The notes: generated from the letters alone by a model not told the origin. A stretch of 64,000 nucleotides of DNA from Octopus sinensis (GCF_006345805.1 NC_042997.1:84816001-84880000); one strand, 5' to 3'; positions 1 to 13,161 are shown, counted from the first letter of the stretch. Made by a program: numbers and translations.

Positions 1-493
1 TTATAACCGCTTACTAATTTTGGAAGATGAGATGTTTTAATGAAGAATATAATAATGCAGATTCCCAATGTTCTGTCTGTATATTTTGCGTGAAATATAA
101 TTGCCTACCCACGTTGACAGAACATATTACGTAAACGCAATTTGATATTATTAGTTACAATTTTTTAGGCAGTGAACAGGTAGAATTGCAAGCGCGTCGA
201 ACAGATTGCTGAGCGGTATTTCTTTTGATTCTTTACGTTATGAGATCTAATTAGGTCGAAAATTGCCCCATCATTCTTTCATGGTCGATAAAATAAGCAA
301 CAGCCAAGTTCTGGGGTTGATGTTTATCGACTTGCCCCGTCTCCTCAAGACTGCTGGCCTTGTGCCCAAATTGGAAAGAACTATTTACAAATTTAACAGT
401 AAAACAATGATACAATATACTTTCTGTTCACTGTAGTATTTTTGATGATGTAATATTTTGTTGTTTCAATTTACTCATATACTTTTTTAACGT

Positions 494-862
494 AGGCGCA
501 GGCGTTGCTGTGTGGTAACCATATGGTTCTGGGCTCAGTTTCACTAGGTGGCACCTTGGGCAAGTATCTTCTACTACATCTTCGGGCTGACCAAAGTCTT
601 GTGAGTGGATTTGGTTGACGGAAACTGAAAGAAGCCCATCGTACATATGTGTGTGTTTGTTGTTATGTTTGTCCCCCACCATCGCTTGACAACTGATGTT
701 GGCGTGTTTACGCTCTCGTAAATTAGCAGAAGAGATCGATAGAATAGATACTAAGCTTAGCAAAAAATTAATTATTGCGGTTGATTCATTGGACTAAAAA
801 TTCTCCAAGGTTGTGCCCAGCATGGCCGCAGTCTAATGACTAAAACAAATAAAAGATAAAAA
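494..862 (+). mobile_element. tRNA-type SINE family A, degenerate copy
   Basis: Shares 'ggcaccttgggcaagt...gaccaaagYcttgtgagtggatttggt.gacggaaactgaaagaagccc', a central microsatellite and the tail 'cagcatggccgcagtc..atgact.aaacaa.taaaaga' with about 10 other copies in the window. Confidence 0.8.
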
Positions 863-1137
863 ATATAAGGTTTCCAATCACAACTGATGAGTATTCATAA
901 CACGATTTCGGTCCAGTACTTCAAATCTATTGCTTGTTAAATTTGTACAACATACTGCAAAGCTCACCCGAGGAGATGTCTCTTGGGAGATAATGGAACA
1001 TTACATTGGAAGATCCTACCCGCATCCTCCAAGCAAGGTGAAGAGTCATTTTGCTAAAATATGCTGTGCTTGTACAGCATCCAGTTCTTCTCAAGTTTGG
1101 AATAATCACCAGGACAGCATGACAAGCACAAGAGTAA

Positions 1138-1269
1138 TATAGGCGTGGCTGCGTGGTAAGAAGTTTGCACTTTAACAACAAACTTCCGGAGTCAGTCTCA
1201 GTAAGTAGAACCTTATGCCGACCAAAGCATTGTGAGTGGATTTGGTAGACGGAAATTGAAGGAAGCCCG

Positions 1270-1308
<39 letters not shown>

Positions 1309-1309
1309 T

Positions 1310-1366
<57 letters not shown>

Positions 1367-1508
1367 TGTGTGTGTTTGTGTCTATGTTTGGCCACACCAC
1401 CACTTAGAGTAAGTACAAGGCTTTAAAAACATGAGTAGTACGTCCGACTAAAATTGAACAAGGCAGTGTCTCAGCATGGTCACAGTGTAATAACTGAAAC
1501 AAGTAAAA
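1138..1508 (+). mobile_element. SINE family A copy with expanded (TG)n centre
   Basis: Head 'aggcgtggctgcgtggtaagaag', core 'gaccaaagcattgtgagtggatttggtagacggaaa', tail 'cagcatggtcacagt...actgaaacaagtaaaa'. Confidence 0.8.
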
Positions 1509-1619
1509 AGAAAGAAAGAAAGAAAGAAAGAAAAAAGAAAGAAAGAAAGAAGGAAAGAAAGAAAGAAAGGAAATATCATAATTTATCTTCGTCATGTACA
1601 ACCGCACATCGAACGACAT

Positions 1620-2602
1620 TATAAGAAATTATGGCCGACAAATAATTTGAGCAGTGTTGAGTGCCAGCTCCATTACGAACAGCAGCTGAAATTTGAATCA
1701 GAAGATTCTTTAAGGAACCAGTTATGACACATGGAACAATATATCCACCAGAAGAAATTAATCTTCATCCCAGATTTAAGAAAAAAAGTATTAGCCAAGG
1801 ATCAGAAACTATTTCTAACATTTGACGTGAGAAGAACAATTTCCTTGATGCTTCTGATGGAATAGGCAAAACATTTTTAATAATCATAATTTTGACAAGC
1901 AGTTCTTTGCGGACACTGCTGAGGCAGCTTCATCTGTGAAACAGATTGTAGATGCTGCGCCGGTGCTAGGAAGTGCGTGGCCCAATTAGAGAATTATTAT
2001 TGGGGGCCTGTACTCTGCAAAAGCTGAAAATCGATGTTTTATGCTTCGTGTAGTACGCCAGTCCCAGCCAAAAAGCGTTGAGGCCTTGAGGTTCCACACT
2101 GAGGCTTTGTGGCTCACATTGATATACTAAACATTTATCATAGCGTCCTTCGCTGGAGCGTGAGCGCGGGGCCCTCCTTTGGCGCAAGGCCAAGTTTGAA
2201 CAAATCTGTCTAATTGGCTTAAAATGGGCCTTTGGTAGATGCTCACAGATGGTAGGACTGCTCGTTGCGTATTTAAGCTTCCACTCAACCTTGCGAACAA
2301 TGACATTCCTACGTGGGATATTGGCAAAGAAGCTATCGATCCGTACCTATAAAGGTGTCCAAGTTCTTAGAATGGGATGAATTCACTATGTCTCTAAGAC
2401 TTGCATTTGATCGTATTATACAAGATCTCCGGAGGTGACACTAACATCACGGGAGCAAAGTCACAGTTTTGTTCTCTGGGGATTTTAAACAAACTCTACC
2501 AGTCATTCCAATGGATACATTTACTGTTGAGCCGGAAGCATGTGCTACAGAAGTCTATATTTAGAAACAAGAGAGAAAATGCCATCCTTTCACCAACATG
2601 AG
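1620..2602 (+). mobile_element. Helitron PIF1-like helicase remnant (frameshifted)
   Basis: Hand translation: FLDASDGIGKTFLI (1841, motif I), DGRTA..FKLPLNL (about 2250-2300), WDEFTMS (2373), SGDFKQTLPVIP (2475), TNMR (about 2595). These are the Helitron helicase motifs in the expected order. Confidence 0.75.
1957..2234. mobile_element. 278-bp non-autonomous DNA-transposon-like insertion
   Basis: Flanked by the direct repeat gtagatgct (1948-1956 and 2235-2243); removing it rejoins the Helitron helicase motif. Terminal inverted repeats are weak. Confidence 0.55.
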
Positions 2603-3269
2603 AACAACAGTTGACTTCAACAGAGGTCACAGTAATTTGCCAGTTGAAACCGAGAGTGAGGAAATCAAAACATTAAAATATAGTGAAATATTCATCAACG
2701 CAACTCAAGTTTATTGTAGCCTCTCACGAACATACTGAAACTATAGATGGCTGGCTGAACTTCGGAGCTTTTTCTCATTAAAAAACAATGAAGTTTAGGC
2801 TAGTCTAGCATCAGTGTCAAGCGAGTAAGACTACGTAATACATATTTGCCAGGCCCCAATGTAAGAGTTTAAATAGTCTTGTTCTTGTAGTCTGAGTATT
2901 CGTCACATTTGTTACAATGAAATACTTGCTCTTCTATAGATTCAGGTGCGCGCAATGCACGCAAGAAGTAGTACAAGCAGGAACAGTTATAACACTCTGC
3001 ATGGATGCGTTCCTTGTTGAGGTGCCGCACGTATGAATTTGTCTTTATTAGTCATCAAAGGCTGAACTGATGTAACTTCATCCTTTTCTTCTTCTTTTAT
3101 TTCTCTTTTTCTTCTTCCAATGTTTATTTGCTTAATTATGTATTTATTGACACATGCTAGAACATAGTCAGTTTTAACAGACGACATACTTGATCAATAT
3201 ACACGAACCGAAGAAGTGTGTTATTTAATGGGTATACACACGCGTGCGGATGCAACACAAACACACACA

Positions 3270-3311
<42 letters not shown>

Positions 3312-3669
3312 TCGGCTCCAACCAGCTGAAAATAGTTGCCAAAGCTCTCACAAATCACACACTTATATAAAATTATTGTTTAAAAACAATTTTAAAGGCT
3401 ACATTAAACTGTACAGTAAATGATACACAAACAACGCTAATTGCACGACTAAAACATATTTCGTTATAGTTTCCCATGTCCGATCTGGAACTGTACAACA
3501 ATATCAAAGTTTATTTCGAGCTAACAAAGTAAGACCTCCGCACAGACACGCGACCTGCTTGATATAGCAGTCAAATTTCCCTCAAAACACACTTCTAGCT
3601 ATCTCATAACTTCTGCTCTGTCACTTTCTATATTGTTTCTTTGTCTAATATATTTAGCAATTATTTCTT

Positions 3670-3850
3670 CTCTTCCATTCGTCTATTCAGAACACAAATG
3701 CTGATGCAATTAATACCATAAAAGCATCCCAAGAATTATGAGTCCGTACTTCGCCACGGCAGGCATTGCATTACGTCCAAGACCAAGAAACATATCTCAC
3801 AACGGCTAGAAACGAGAGAGCAAATGCTATCCTTTCACCAACATGAGAAT
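3670..3850 (+). mobile_element. Second Helitron helicase fragment
   Basis: NTNADAINTIKASQEL* then TNMR; about 40 bp nearly identical to 2563-2602. Confidence 0.5.
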
Positions 3851-4428
3851 GTTTGTGCTATAAGATGCGAGAAATGGCAACCAAATTTCCCTTAAATTAC
3901 ATCCCTATAAATAAGGACGGAAATATTTCATATATCCCTTGGTAAATACATTACGTCGAAACGAACACTTGAATGGTCACGGATAGAACACCGCTCAATA
4001 TATGCCGGGGCTGATCCGTGGCTAAACAACAAGATGGAATTCTTTCTTTTGTTTCTTCTTACTTGCTTTTTATCTCCCCACCTCTCTTTGTGACTCAAAT
4101 ATATAAATTCACTTTAAATTATGTTTCTACATTTCCCTGTCATCAAAGAATCTGAACTGAAATGTATAAAGTGTTTAAAGCTAGTGAAGGCGAAAGAAAC
4201 ACCTTCAACGCGAAGGTGAAAAGGTGTATTCAGCGCTCAACACATAACTTATATAAATGTGCGCGCACACACACACATACACACACAAACACAAACACAC
4301 ACACTCGCACACACTGACGCATTTACGTACAAACACATACATACATATTTATGTATATACATACACACGTGTGCACACGTATGTATATATAGGTATATAA
4401 GTTTGCCTGTATCAACCTATATGTATAA

Positions 4429-4481
<53 letters not shown>

Positions 4482-5047
4482 TACATGTATATGCGCATGT
4501 ATTCATTCATGTATGTATGTATGTATGTGAGTTTGTATGCATATGTAGATAGCGCCTCGTGACCTGCATTTTTTCAAATCCATTACGTACGTAGCAATAA
4601 AAACGAAACAGGAAATAGACACGCTGAAGTTTATTTGTAGCTAAAATCACTCTCCTTCATTTTCAACACTGTCATGTTGGACGACATTTTGTAAGTCTGA
4701 GAGTAAACGGGAAATATAACATTTAAGCATAGCGACAAACCTAAGTTAAAATTAAAACAAGAAAACGTATAGCCTTTAGTATACATTGAGACTACTGACT
4801 ATAGTGTTGAGTGGGATAATGTTTGGTGGTGCAACTACTGTTGTTGATGATGCCTGGCATCACTAAATAGCCTATTCTTTCGGCAGAAAAGAAAGGATGT
4901 TATTTACCGCGGTGATGCTAGTTAAAACGTAGAATCACGGATAAATAGCTTTCAATGGTTAGTTTTAGTTAAGTCCCATTGCAAAGATGTTTCAAATCCC
5001 ATCCCGATCGGCTTTGATTCTCATTATTGCAGGGTCAATAAAATATG

Positions 5048-5710
5048 GTTGCGGATTTCGGCACAAGGCCAGCAGTTGTGAGGGGAGAAGATTAGTTAAT
5101 GGTATCAATCTCAGTACTTGACAGATACTAATGTTTTATTACACGGGGAGTGATTAAACGAAAAGTCTAGCTCGGCGAGGTGTGAACTCAAAACATAAAG
5201 AGTCGAAAGAAATATCGTAAATATTTTTCTGATACTCTAACGATTCTGCCAGTTCGCTGCCTTTAAATGGTTTATGATTTAGGAACAACACTAACAATTT
5301 TAAGTGGGAGAGATTAGTGATAGCATTGACTCAAGTAATTGACTGTTACTTTATTTTATTGACCTCAGAATTGTGAAAAGCAACGCTGACCACGGTGGGA
5401 TTTGAACACAGACAGTAAAGAGCCGGGAGAAATACGCAAAGTATGTTTTCGAGCGTTCTAACGACACTGCTAGCTTGCTGTCTAGAGTCCAAAATATTGG
5501 TTTCAAATTTTTAGTAAAAGTCAGCAGTTTATGGGTTGGTGGATAGTCAGTTACATCGACTCCTGTATTTGACTAGTACTTATTTTATCAATCCGGAAAG
5601 GATGAAAGCAAAGCTGACCTCAACGATATTTGAACAGAGAAAGCAAAGAGCGTGAAAAAATACGCAAAACATTTTTCAACGCTTTAACTATACTGCCACC
5701 TTACTGCCTA
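5048..5710 (-). mobile_element. Three tandem degenerate copies of SINE family B
   Basis: Unit of about 215 bp 'caaattt.ggcacaaggccagca...tttgaac.ca.aac...ctaacga.tctgcca' repeated three times; reverse complement of the copies at 8155 and 60398. Confidence 0.7.
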
Positions 5711-8154
5711 GGATAAAGAAAAAAAACTTATTACATACTGATTTCCAAAACAGACGCAGAACTATAAATATTTCACGGGGGGTATAGTGAGTATTTAAAT
5801 AATATTTTATTTTATAGACACTGGAAAGAGAAAATGCAAAACTCACAGCAATAATCTTTGTACAGGGAGCGTAAAGGGGTCTAATATATGCTGAAAAATA
5901 TTTCGTCTCACAGTCCTGTTAATCCACCGCTCTAATGACCTGAGGTGCATTTCAAAACGATTCGGCTGGTTTTTAGATATGCTTTTGGCGAAGTCGTTAA
6001 TTTAGATACTCGGTACTGGGTGTTCAAATCCCTTAAAGGTTAAATTTGACTAGTTGCTAGGATGTAAACAAATGAACACTGGTGGTAAATCGAACAAAAG
6101 GCAAGAGCTAAGACGCACAAACACATAAGTTTGTATGTATATACATGCATACACATGTACACACCCATTTTTACGTTTAAGGGATTGATAGAAAAAGAGG
6201 TAGAATGTAACTGGAATTAAGAACTAAGTTCAAAAAAAGGAATTTAACAATACTCTGTAAAATCCATCTACCATTAATGCTCTCGAGAGAAGCATAAACG
6301 TCACACATCATATATTCTTCATGTCTGCTGTAAAAGAAGCCATTATATAACAAATGTAATAAAATAAAACAATAAAATAAAACATTTTAGTATTTATTTT
6401 TACAGTTGATACTGATCAGTTTATACATCCTAGTTATTATGTTTCTTTTTTTTGTACGTGTGTGTGTGTTTTAATTTTTTTTTTTTCTGAAAATTTCAGA
6501 TCCAAAGTTCTCTCATTTTGTGCTGTAGTTCCTGTTTCACATTAAATTTTATTATTTCAGTCTAAATAATTTCAAAGAGTAATAAAATCAATAATTCTCA
6601 ACATATCAGAAAATTAGGTATAAATATAATAAAGACGGAAAAATTTCGCAGATTTTTACGCAGACATTTTGTAAGAGAAGTAAATATTGGAGACTAGCCT
6701 CACTTGCAAACACTATAAATCCTCCCGGCACTTTTAGTGTTCTAATTTCACTAAGAGTTTGCATAATCCATTAAATATAGTTATTTCGTAATTAATCCTT
6801 CGTCGTCGGCGACACCAGTTGCAGTGTTGTCAGTGTTTTTGTTGTTTCGCTCCAGATTAGCCCTGTCTAAATACGTCTATTGATTAAGTTAGTTCAAATC
6901 ATGATCAATCGTCATCTTTTTTTTTTCTCAATCGGGTAGTGTATTTGGGATTACATTATGGACTGTGTCCTCTCCTTTGAAGGCAATAGAGTATTATTTC
7001 GAAGGATATTCAACTGCTGCTTCTATACATTCGTACGGCTGCTTATGTGGGCCTCTCATTCGTTATTGCTGGAAATGGTTGAGAACGTCATACGTTGGAC
7101 AAATGCTTGACACAGCAGATCCTTGCCTGTTAAAATCCCGCCAGGCTCATCGTTGCGTTTCACCTCTTTCAAGTTGATGGACTAACTAAACACAGAATGT
7201 TATTAGATCAGTTCACTTGTCTATAACACTTCCTCTTTTAAAAAACTGTTATTCAACTTAGTCAAAAGAAATCAATATTTAATTACAAACTCTTTTTAAA
7301 TCGATAGTTTTAATTTTTTTAAGTATTGACATCCAGCATATCCTGTCACTAAACAAATAAAACAGGCTTTTTTACCTCATTTAGCCAAATGATATTTTTG
7401 AAGTGTTTTATTTTGTTAAATGTTTTATCATAATGTCTGGAGTTGCTCGTTTATAATTTTAATCATATCAAATTATGTAAATACATTAAACACAATTTTA
7501 CTGTTTTTATATATATTTTGGCTATTTCTGGAAAAAATATTAAAACAATAGCAAATGTAGTTATCCGCAGAATTGTTTATATTTTTACTTTAATTTCTAT
7601 AACCGTTATTTTATTTCAGCTGAAGGTCAACAATATTTTGTAACTTTGCTCTTCCTATTTTATTCCATATTAATCTAAACACGAACCGGTCCAGCGGATC
7701 GTAAAATAGTTACGCTTGCATTCCAGCATCTAATGAAAACATCTCTGTTTTAGCTGTGTAAACAATTTACGTAATTATGGTTGAAATTCTTTGAAGCTCT
7801 GAAAGGTTTCTTTAAAATATTTGAAATTTTAAATCTTTGTTTCAGGTTTTTTTTCTTTGATTTAAACGTTACAACGGTGAATAATTAAATTACCACGAAA
7901 AATAATAGGAAATATTATATAAATAAAATACGAACGCTTTTCTACACGACCAAAACCACATATATATGAGAGAGGGGGGGATAAAGAGATAGATAAATAG
8001 ATAGATTATTCTTACATGCACATATATATTTATATGCATGTGATCGTTGTATCTTTGTGTATGTATGTATGTATGTATGTATGTATGTATGTATGTGTAT
8101 GTATGTATGTATATATTGGGGCGAGGCTGCCTTCATATTCGGATATTTACGTTT

Positions 8155-8376
8155 AAGGTGGTGAGTTGGCAGAGTCGTTAGCGCCTCGGACAAAATGCTT
8201 AGCGGCATTTCGTCTGGTTCTTTTCGTCCTGATTTCAAATTCTGTCGAGTTCGACTTTGCTTTTCATCTGTCTCAGGTCGATAAAAAAATAAGTAGCAGT
8301 TAAACGCTAGGGTAGATATAATCGACTAATCCCCTTCCACTAAAATTGCTGGCCTTGTACCAAAATTTGAAACAAT
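8155..8376 (+). mobile_element. SINE family B copy
   Basis: 'ggtggtgagttggcagagtcgttagcgcctcggacaaaatgcttagc...gagttcgactttgcttttcat...ggccttgtaccaaaatttgaaac'. Confidence 0.75.
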
Positions 8377-8838
8377 CATAACATTTACTTAGTACGAGGC
8401 GAACACTTAACAGCCGAGCTGTGTATTTTGTTGCCTCAACTCACAATATATTACTGGTATAATCCCATAAAACATATTCACATATAGGAGATGCAAAAGT
8501 GAACCTAACACAGGCATAACTGAAGATCGAAACCAGCATTAATTTTCTTTGTGTTTTACCACTAGCTAAAGCGTGTTTCTCACAATGCTGAGTTCAGATT
8601 CTCCCTGCGAAACAACCAGAGAGCATTCAGTTTTCGTACGATTTACTAGAAACATTAAAACTACACTTCTACTACAATGCAGATCGAAATACACTTTCGA
8701 ATACTTAGTCTAAGATGAATTGTAGATGTCTGAGAAAAAGAAAAACCAGACGGGCCTATCATGGTTGTGTATGTATGCATGTATGCATGAATGGGTATAC
8801 ATATATATATATATATATATAAAGAGAGAGAGAGAGAA

Positions 8839-8884
<46 letters not shown>

Positions 8885-8895
8885 TTATATATATA

Positions 8896-8927
<32 letters not shown>

Positions 8928-8969
8928 GCTATATATATATATATATATATAAGCATCAAGATATCAAGT

Positions 8970-9062
8970 AGTAAAACAGTACGACTGTTTCAAGCAGATC
9001 TATTTAATTGAACAATGCAATCATTACATCAATCTAAATACAGCGCTATCTTCAGTTGCACA
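8970..9062 (-). ncRNA. Degenerate type I hammerhead ribozyme with long helix II
   Basis: Minus strand: CUGAAGA (9049-9055), an imperfect hairpin of about 57 nt, GAAA (8988-8991), then CAG-UCGUA-CUG-UU; helix I has only about 2 bp. Confidence 0.45.
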
Positions 9063-9723
9063 AAAGAATATATGGAACTTCAACAGATAGGATACATTAG
9101 TATAATTTTTCGTAAATGCATTAAAAGAGCAAGAAGATGGAAGAAATTCATGTTGTCGCTATTGTAGCAAGAATGGCTAAGAAAAACAGACTACAACTTT
9201 TTAGACTACCATGGAACATTGTGGGGTCATAGTATTGTAATTCATTCCCAATTTATCTATCTATTTATTATCTACTAAATTTGAGACAAGAAGACAGTAC
9301 ATATTTAGAATAAAGGGGAAAAGTAAGTTGACAGCTCATGGCTAGCTATTGGTCAGGAATATTGTCATAGGTATCCCTTTACCCACAAGAGAAAAAGAAA
9401 AACAAAACTATAGAAAAGTCAATTAGATAGAAGTAACTCTCTATAAAAAAGAGGCAGGGTAAGGATTCACTTTAATTCATGATGTTAATTACGAGTTAAA
9501 GGGGCAAGACACTATAAAACTTAAGATACTATAATGAGATACAGGGAAAAATATTACGGGCTCGATGGGAGAAAGATTCTAAGCGATATTATTATCTTGT
9601 ATGAAAAATGAATTAATTATTTTTTAAAGTCAAGAAAAGGATATCATATATATGAATATATTTATTTCGTGACACAGCTATATATATATAAAGCTATATT
9701 TATATGTATATATGTGTTTGTGT

Positions 9724-9773
<50 letters not shown>

Positions 9774-9844
9774 TGTTGTTGTTGTTGTTGTTGTTGTAGT
9801 TGTAGAATAAGAAATAGAAAATCCTTGGTTCAGTATTATATATT

Positions 9845-10080
9845 TGAAAAAATTAATACAAATGGCTTTTCTGATAATTTTTTTCTACTTTAATAATTAG
9901 ATGTTTATAAGTTTCCAGAAAGGTGAATCTGATAGACCCTCTTAAAAGCGGTTTCCAAACTGTTTGAAAACCGCTTTTAAGCGAGAAATTTCTATCAGAT
10001 TCACCGTTTTGGTAACTTATAAACATTTAATAATTGAAGTGGAGAAATTATTAGAAAAGTCATTTCTATATATTTTTTCA
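9845..10080. repeat. Foldback palindrome with arms of about 116 bp
   Basis: Centre aaaagcggtttccaaac-t-gtttgaaaaccgctttt; the arms align by eye out to tgaaaaaa (9845) and ttttttca (10080) with scattered mismatches. Confidence 0.9.
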
Positions 10081-10243
10081 CAGCAGGAAACACAGATGAG
10101 GGCAGCAGCACCAAACTCCCTTATTATCCAAATGCCACATATCAGATGAGGCTCCAAATAATGGTGTAGCTCAATCAACGGTGGTGCTCAAGCATGACCA
10201 CAGCTTTGCAGCTGAAACATTTTAAAATAGTAAAAAATAGTTT

Positions 10244-10281
<38 letters not shown>

Positions 10282-10344
10282 ATTAATCTCCAAAAAACGA
10301 AAAAACACACGAAGTAAAAGACAACAGCGCGAGGACGTGGTACA

Positions 10345-10378
<34 letters not shown>

Positions 10379-10439
10379 TACGATGTACTTGCATATCAAT
10401 TGAAACCACGTTCTATTCACTGACAAAATTCCGTGCTGC

Positions 10440-11020
10440 ATCTGAGAAAGTAACAGTTAGAGTGTACAAAGGAGTGAAAATTAGATTCGAACGGTATCTA
10501 AGAGATGATGAAAACGGCATCTAAGAGAGATGCCGCAAAAAGTTCTGGAATAGGTTGGAGAGGAACACCAACAAAAGAAATGGAAATAATACTTGGTATA
10601 ATAACAAGAAGTTTCACAGTGTAATGTCTGTTGACGCTACACCTAGGAAGGAATCATGTACGGCATTTAAGAAAATCCTGCGCACAACTGGCCTTAATAT
10701 CAAAGTTATAGAGAAGGCAGGTGGGACAGTCAAATCCGTATTAAGTAAATCATACCCATTTGATAAAATCAAGTGTCGGAATAATTGTGCAGTATGTTCT
10801 ACAAGCCCATGCATGAACTGCAAAAAGAAAACACTGTATACCAGATTAAGTGCGCGATTATCCCAGTGTCATATATTGGTGAGACTTCTAGGAGCGTCAA
10901 TGATAGGTTCAAAGAATACCTGGACAACTACATTGAGAAAAACACAAACTCCATCTTCCATTAGAATGCTGTAGACTGTCACAATGGCTCCTTAGGGAGA
11001 CTTAAGTTAGACATCCTATC
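10440..11020 (+). mobile_element. Penelope-like element fragment: linker, Cys-rich region and GIY-YIG endonuclease (pseudogenised)
   Basis: ORF 10555-10974 WY...SVMSVDATP...IEKAGGTVKSVLSKSYPF..C..C..C; after a frameshift VYQIKC...SYIGETSRSVNDRFKEY (GIY-YIG motif). Confidence 0.8.
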
Positions 11021-11176
11021 TACACATGTGTTGACGTATATATATTTTAGCGTGCGTGTATATGTGTGTGTACGTGTGTATATGTGTGTGTGCTTGTACA
11101 TATGTATAGGTGGGTTTATATTTGCATGTATGTATATAAGGCATTGTATCCATTCACCGTTAGGAGGTGGTGAGAG

Positions 11177-11249
<73 letters not shown>

Positions 11250-11252
<3 letters not shown>

Positions 11253-11580
11253 AGGCGAAATTGCCCAGTGGTTAGGGTAGCGTACTCGCGGTTGTAGGAT
11301 CGCGGTTTCGACCCCCAGACTGCCGTTGTGAGTGTTTATTGAACGAAAACACTTTTTCATCACAACTTTCTCTCACTCTTTCTTCCTGTTTCTTTTCCTC
11401 CTGTATTTCAAAGGGCCAGCCTTGTCACAGTCTGTGTCACTCTGGATCTCCCAATGAACGATGTTAAGGGTACACGTGTCTGTGGGGTGCTCAGCCATTT
11501 GCACGTTAATTTCACGAGCAGGCTGTTCCGTTGATTGGATCAACTGGGACCCTCGTCGTCGCAACCGACGGAGTGCTATA
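11250..11580 (+). mobile_element. tRNA-type SINE family C
   Basis: A-box-like ttgcccagtgg and B-box-like ggtttcgacccc, followed by a unique body ending in a TA tract. Confidence 0.6.
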
Positions 11581-11581
11581 G

Positions 11582-11640
<59 letters not shown>

Positions 11641-11647
11641 ACAGGAG

Positions 11648-12284
11648 CAAACAATTCACGAGAAAAATTATTCATGAAAAATTAATTTGCGAAGATATCA
11701 ATTATGTTATTATCTAGTGTAACTATTTAAAAAAATGATAATAACAGAATCAATAATATAGGCAATTGTAGGCCCCCAAAAGCATTAAATAACTGAAGGA
11801 TTCAAATTAATCAAAGGACAGGCTAAGTATTGATACCTGCTTGAAATAACAGTCAAAATTCTTATTTAAATCACCAAAATACACTGCTGATGACTACAGG
11901 AATCAACCGAAGGCAAATCAGGTTAAGGCAGTCTCCCAACGTACATTTAAGTATTTGGACTCACGTGGACCAGTTTCTGCACTGGTAAAAAGTAGCCTTA
12001 GCTTCTTCAGCATACGTTACCATGATAGAGACTTCCAGCCTATCGTTTTGAAGTCTGTGCCGCAACGGATTCGTTTTGCGCCGAAATCATTGCAGCCACC
12101 ATTATGGAAATAATCTCGAATCAGGGACAAACAATTCACGAAAAAAATAATCCAAGAAAAATTAATTTTCGAAGATATTATTAATTATGTTATTATCTAG
12201 TGTAACTATTAAAAAAAATGATAATAATAAAATCAATAATATAGGAGATTGCAGGTCCAAAAAGCATTAAATAGCTAAAGGATT
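11648..12284. repeat. Direct repeats of about 155 bp (11648-11802, 12128-12284) around a spacer of about 325 bp
   Basis: 'caaacaattcacga.aaaaat...attatgttattatctagtgtaactatt...aagcattaaata.ct.aaggatt' occurs twice, period 480. Confidence 0.85.
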
Positions 12285-12418
12285 ATACAGTCATATATAC
12301 ATCATGAACAGACACGCATATCAGTGACTAAACATTCGTTCACATATACATAAACATATACATACATACAGACACGTCTACACACTTATATACCCAAATA
12401 CTCACATACATACATATG

Positions 12419-12456
<38 letters not shown>

Positions 12457-12529
12457 CATACATACATACATACATACATACATACATACATACAAACATA
12501 CATACATGAATACATGCATGCATACATAA

Positions 12530-13085
12530 TTAATGGTGGCTGCCCCCTCGTTATCAAGTATGGCCATTGCACGAAGCTTAATCAATGTTTTTATCGTGCA
12601 ATGCCTGTGCAAGAAGATTTTTTTTAAAGTGAGGAAAGGCTGTGCACTGAGTCAATCCCACTCACTAAGCAACAGCAGCCATAATCCGAAAAGAAGAACA
12701 AGTCAACATCATCGGTAACTACTGAGCCGCAGATTTTATGTCGGACATATCCCAATTACCTGAGTTACCTTCTTCTAGAAGGATTCCCTAACAAAGGCTA
12801 GGAGTCCTTCACTCCCAATGGTTTAACCGCGCGATCGCGTACTCAGTCCGATTATTTCTATGTCCCCGCACATGATACAGCCTTAAGACATTTATTGGAT
12901 GGCCGTTGACTCTCAAGAGTTCATCCGCCCTTTGATAGGTTTTGTTTTTCATCCCGCAGGGTGTCCAATAAACACCCTCCTCACCAAGCAAGTTTGGTGG
13001 GGTTGCCGGTTTAGTTGCCGACGACCCGACCATGCAACAGGTTGTACTGGGTTACATGTTACCAGTAGCACTCGAAAGTGACCTG
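12530..13085 (-). mobile_element. Possible RTE-type LINE 5' region or derived repeat
   Basis: GC-richer block resembling RTE 5' UTRs as I recall them (ggagggtgtt...ggatgaaaaacaaaacc...gagagtcaacggccatcc); not verified. Confidence 0.3.
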
Positions 13086-13161
13086 ATATAACATAATACA
13101 TACATACATACATATATACATACATAACATAATACATAACATACATACATACATACATACA

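Noticed and set aside
878-925. CTGATGA-GTA...TAC
   Set aside because: No GAAA after the stem
927-1426. ORFs rich in HT/VC/YI/MYVC repeats here and throughout the track
   Set aside because: Translations of (TG)n, (TA)n and (TACA)n microsatellites, not genes
8515-8545. CTGAAGA-TC-GAAA
   Set aside because: No room for helix II and no helix I pairing; likely chance
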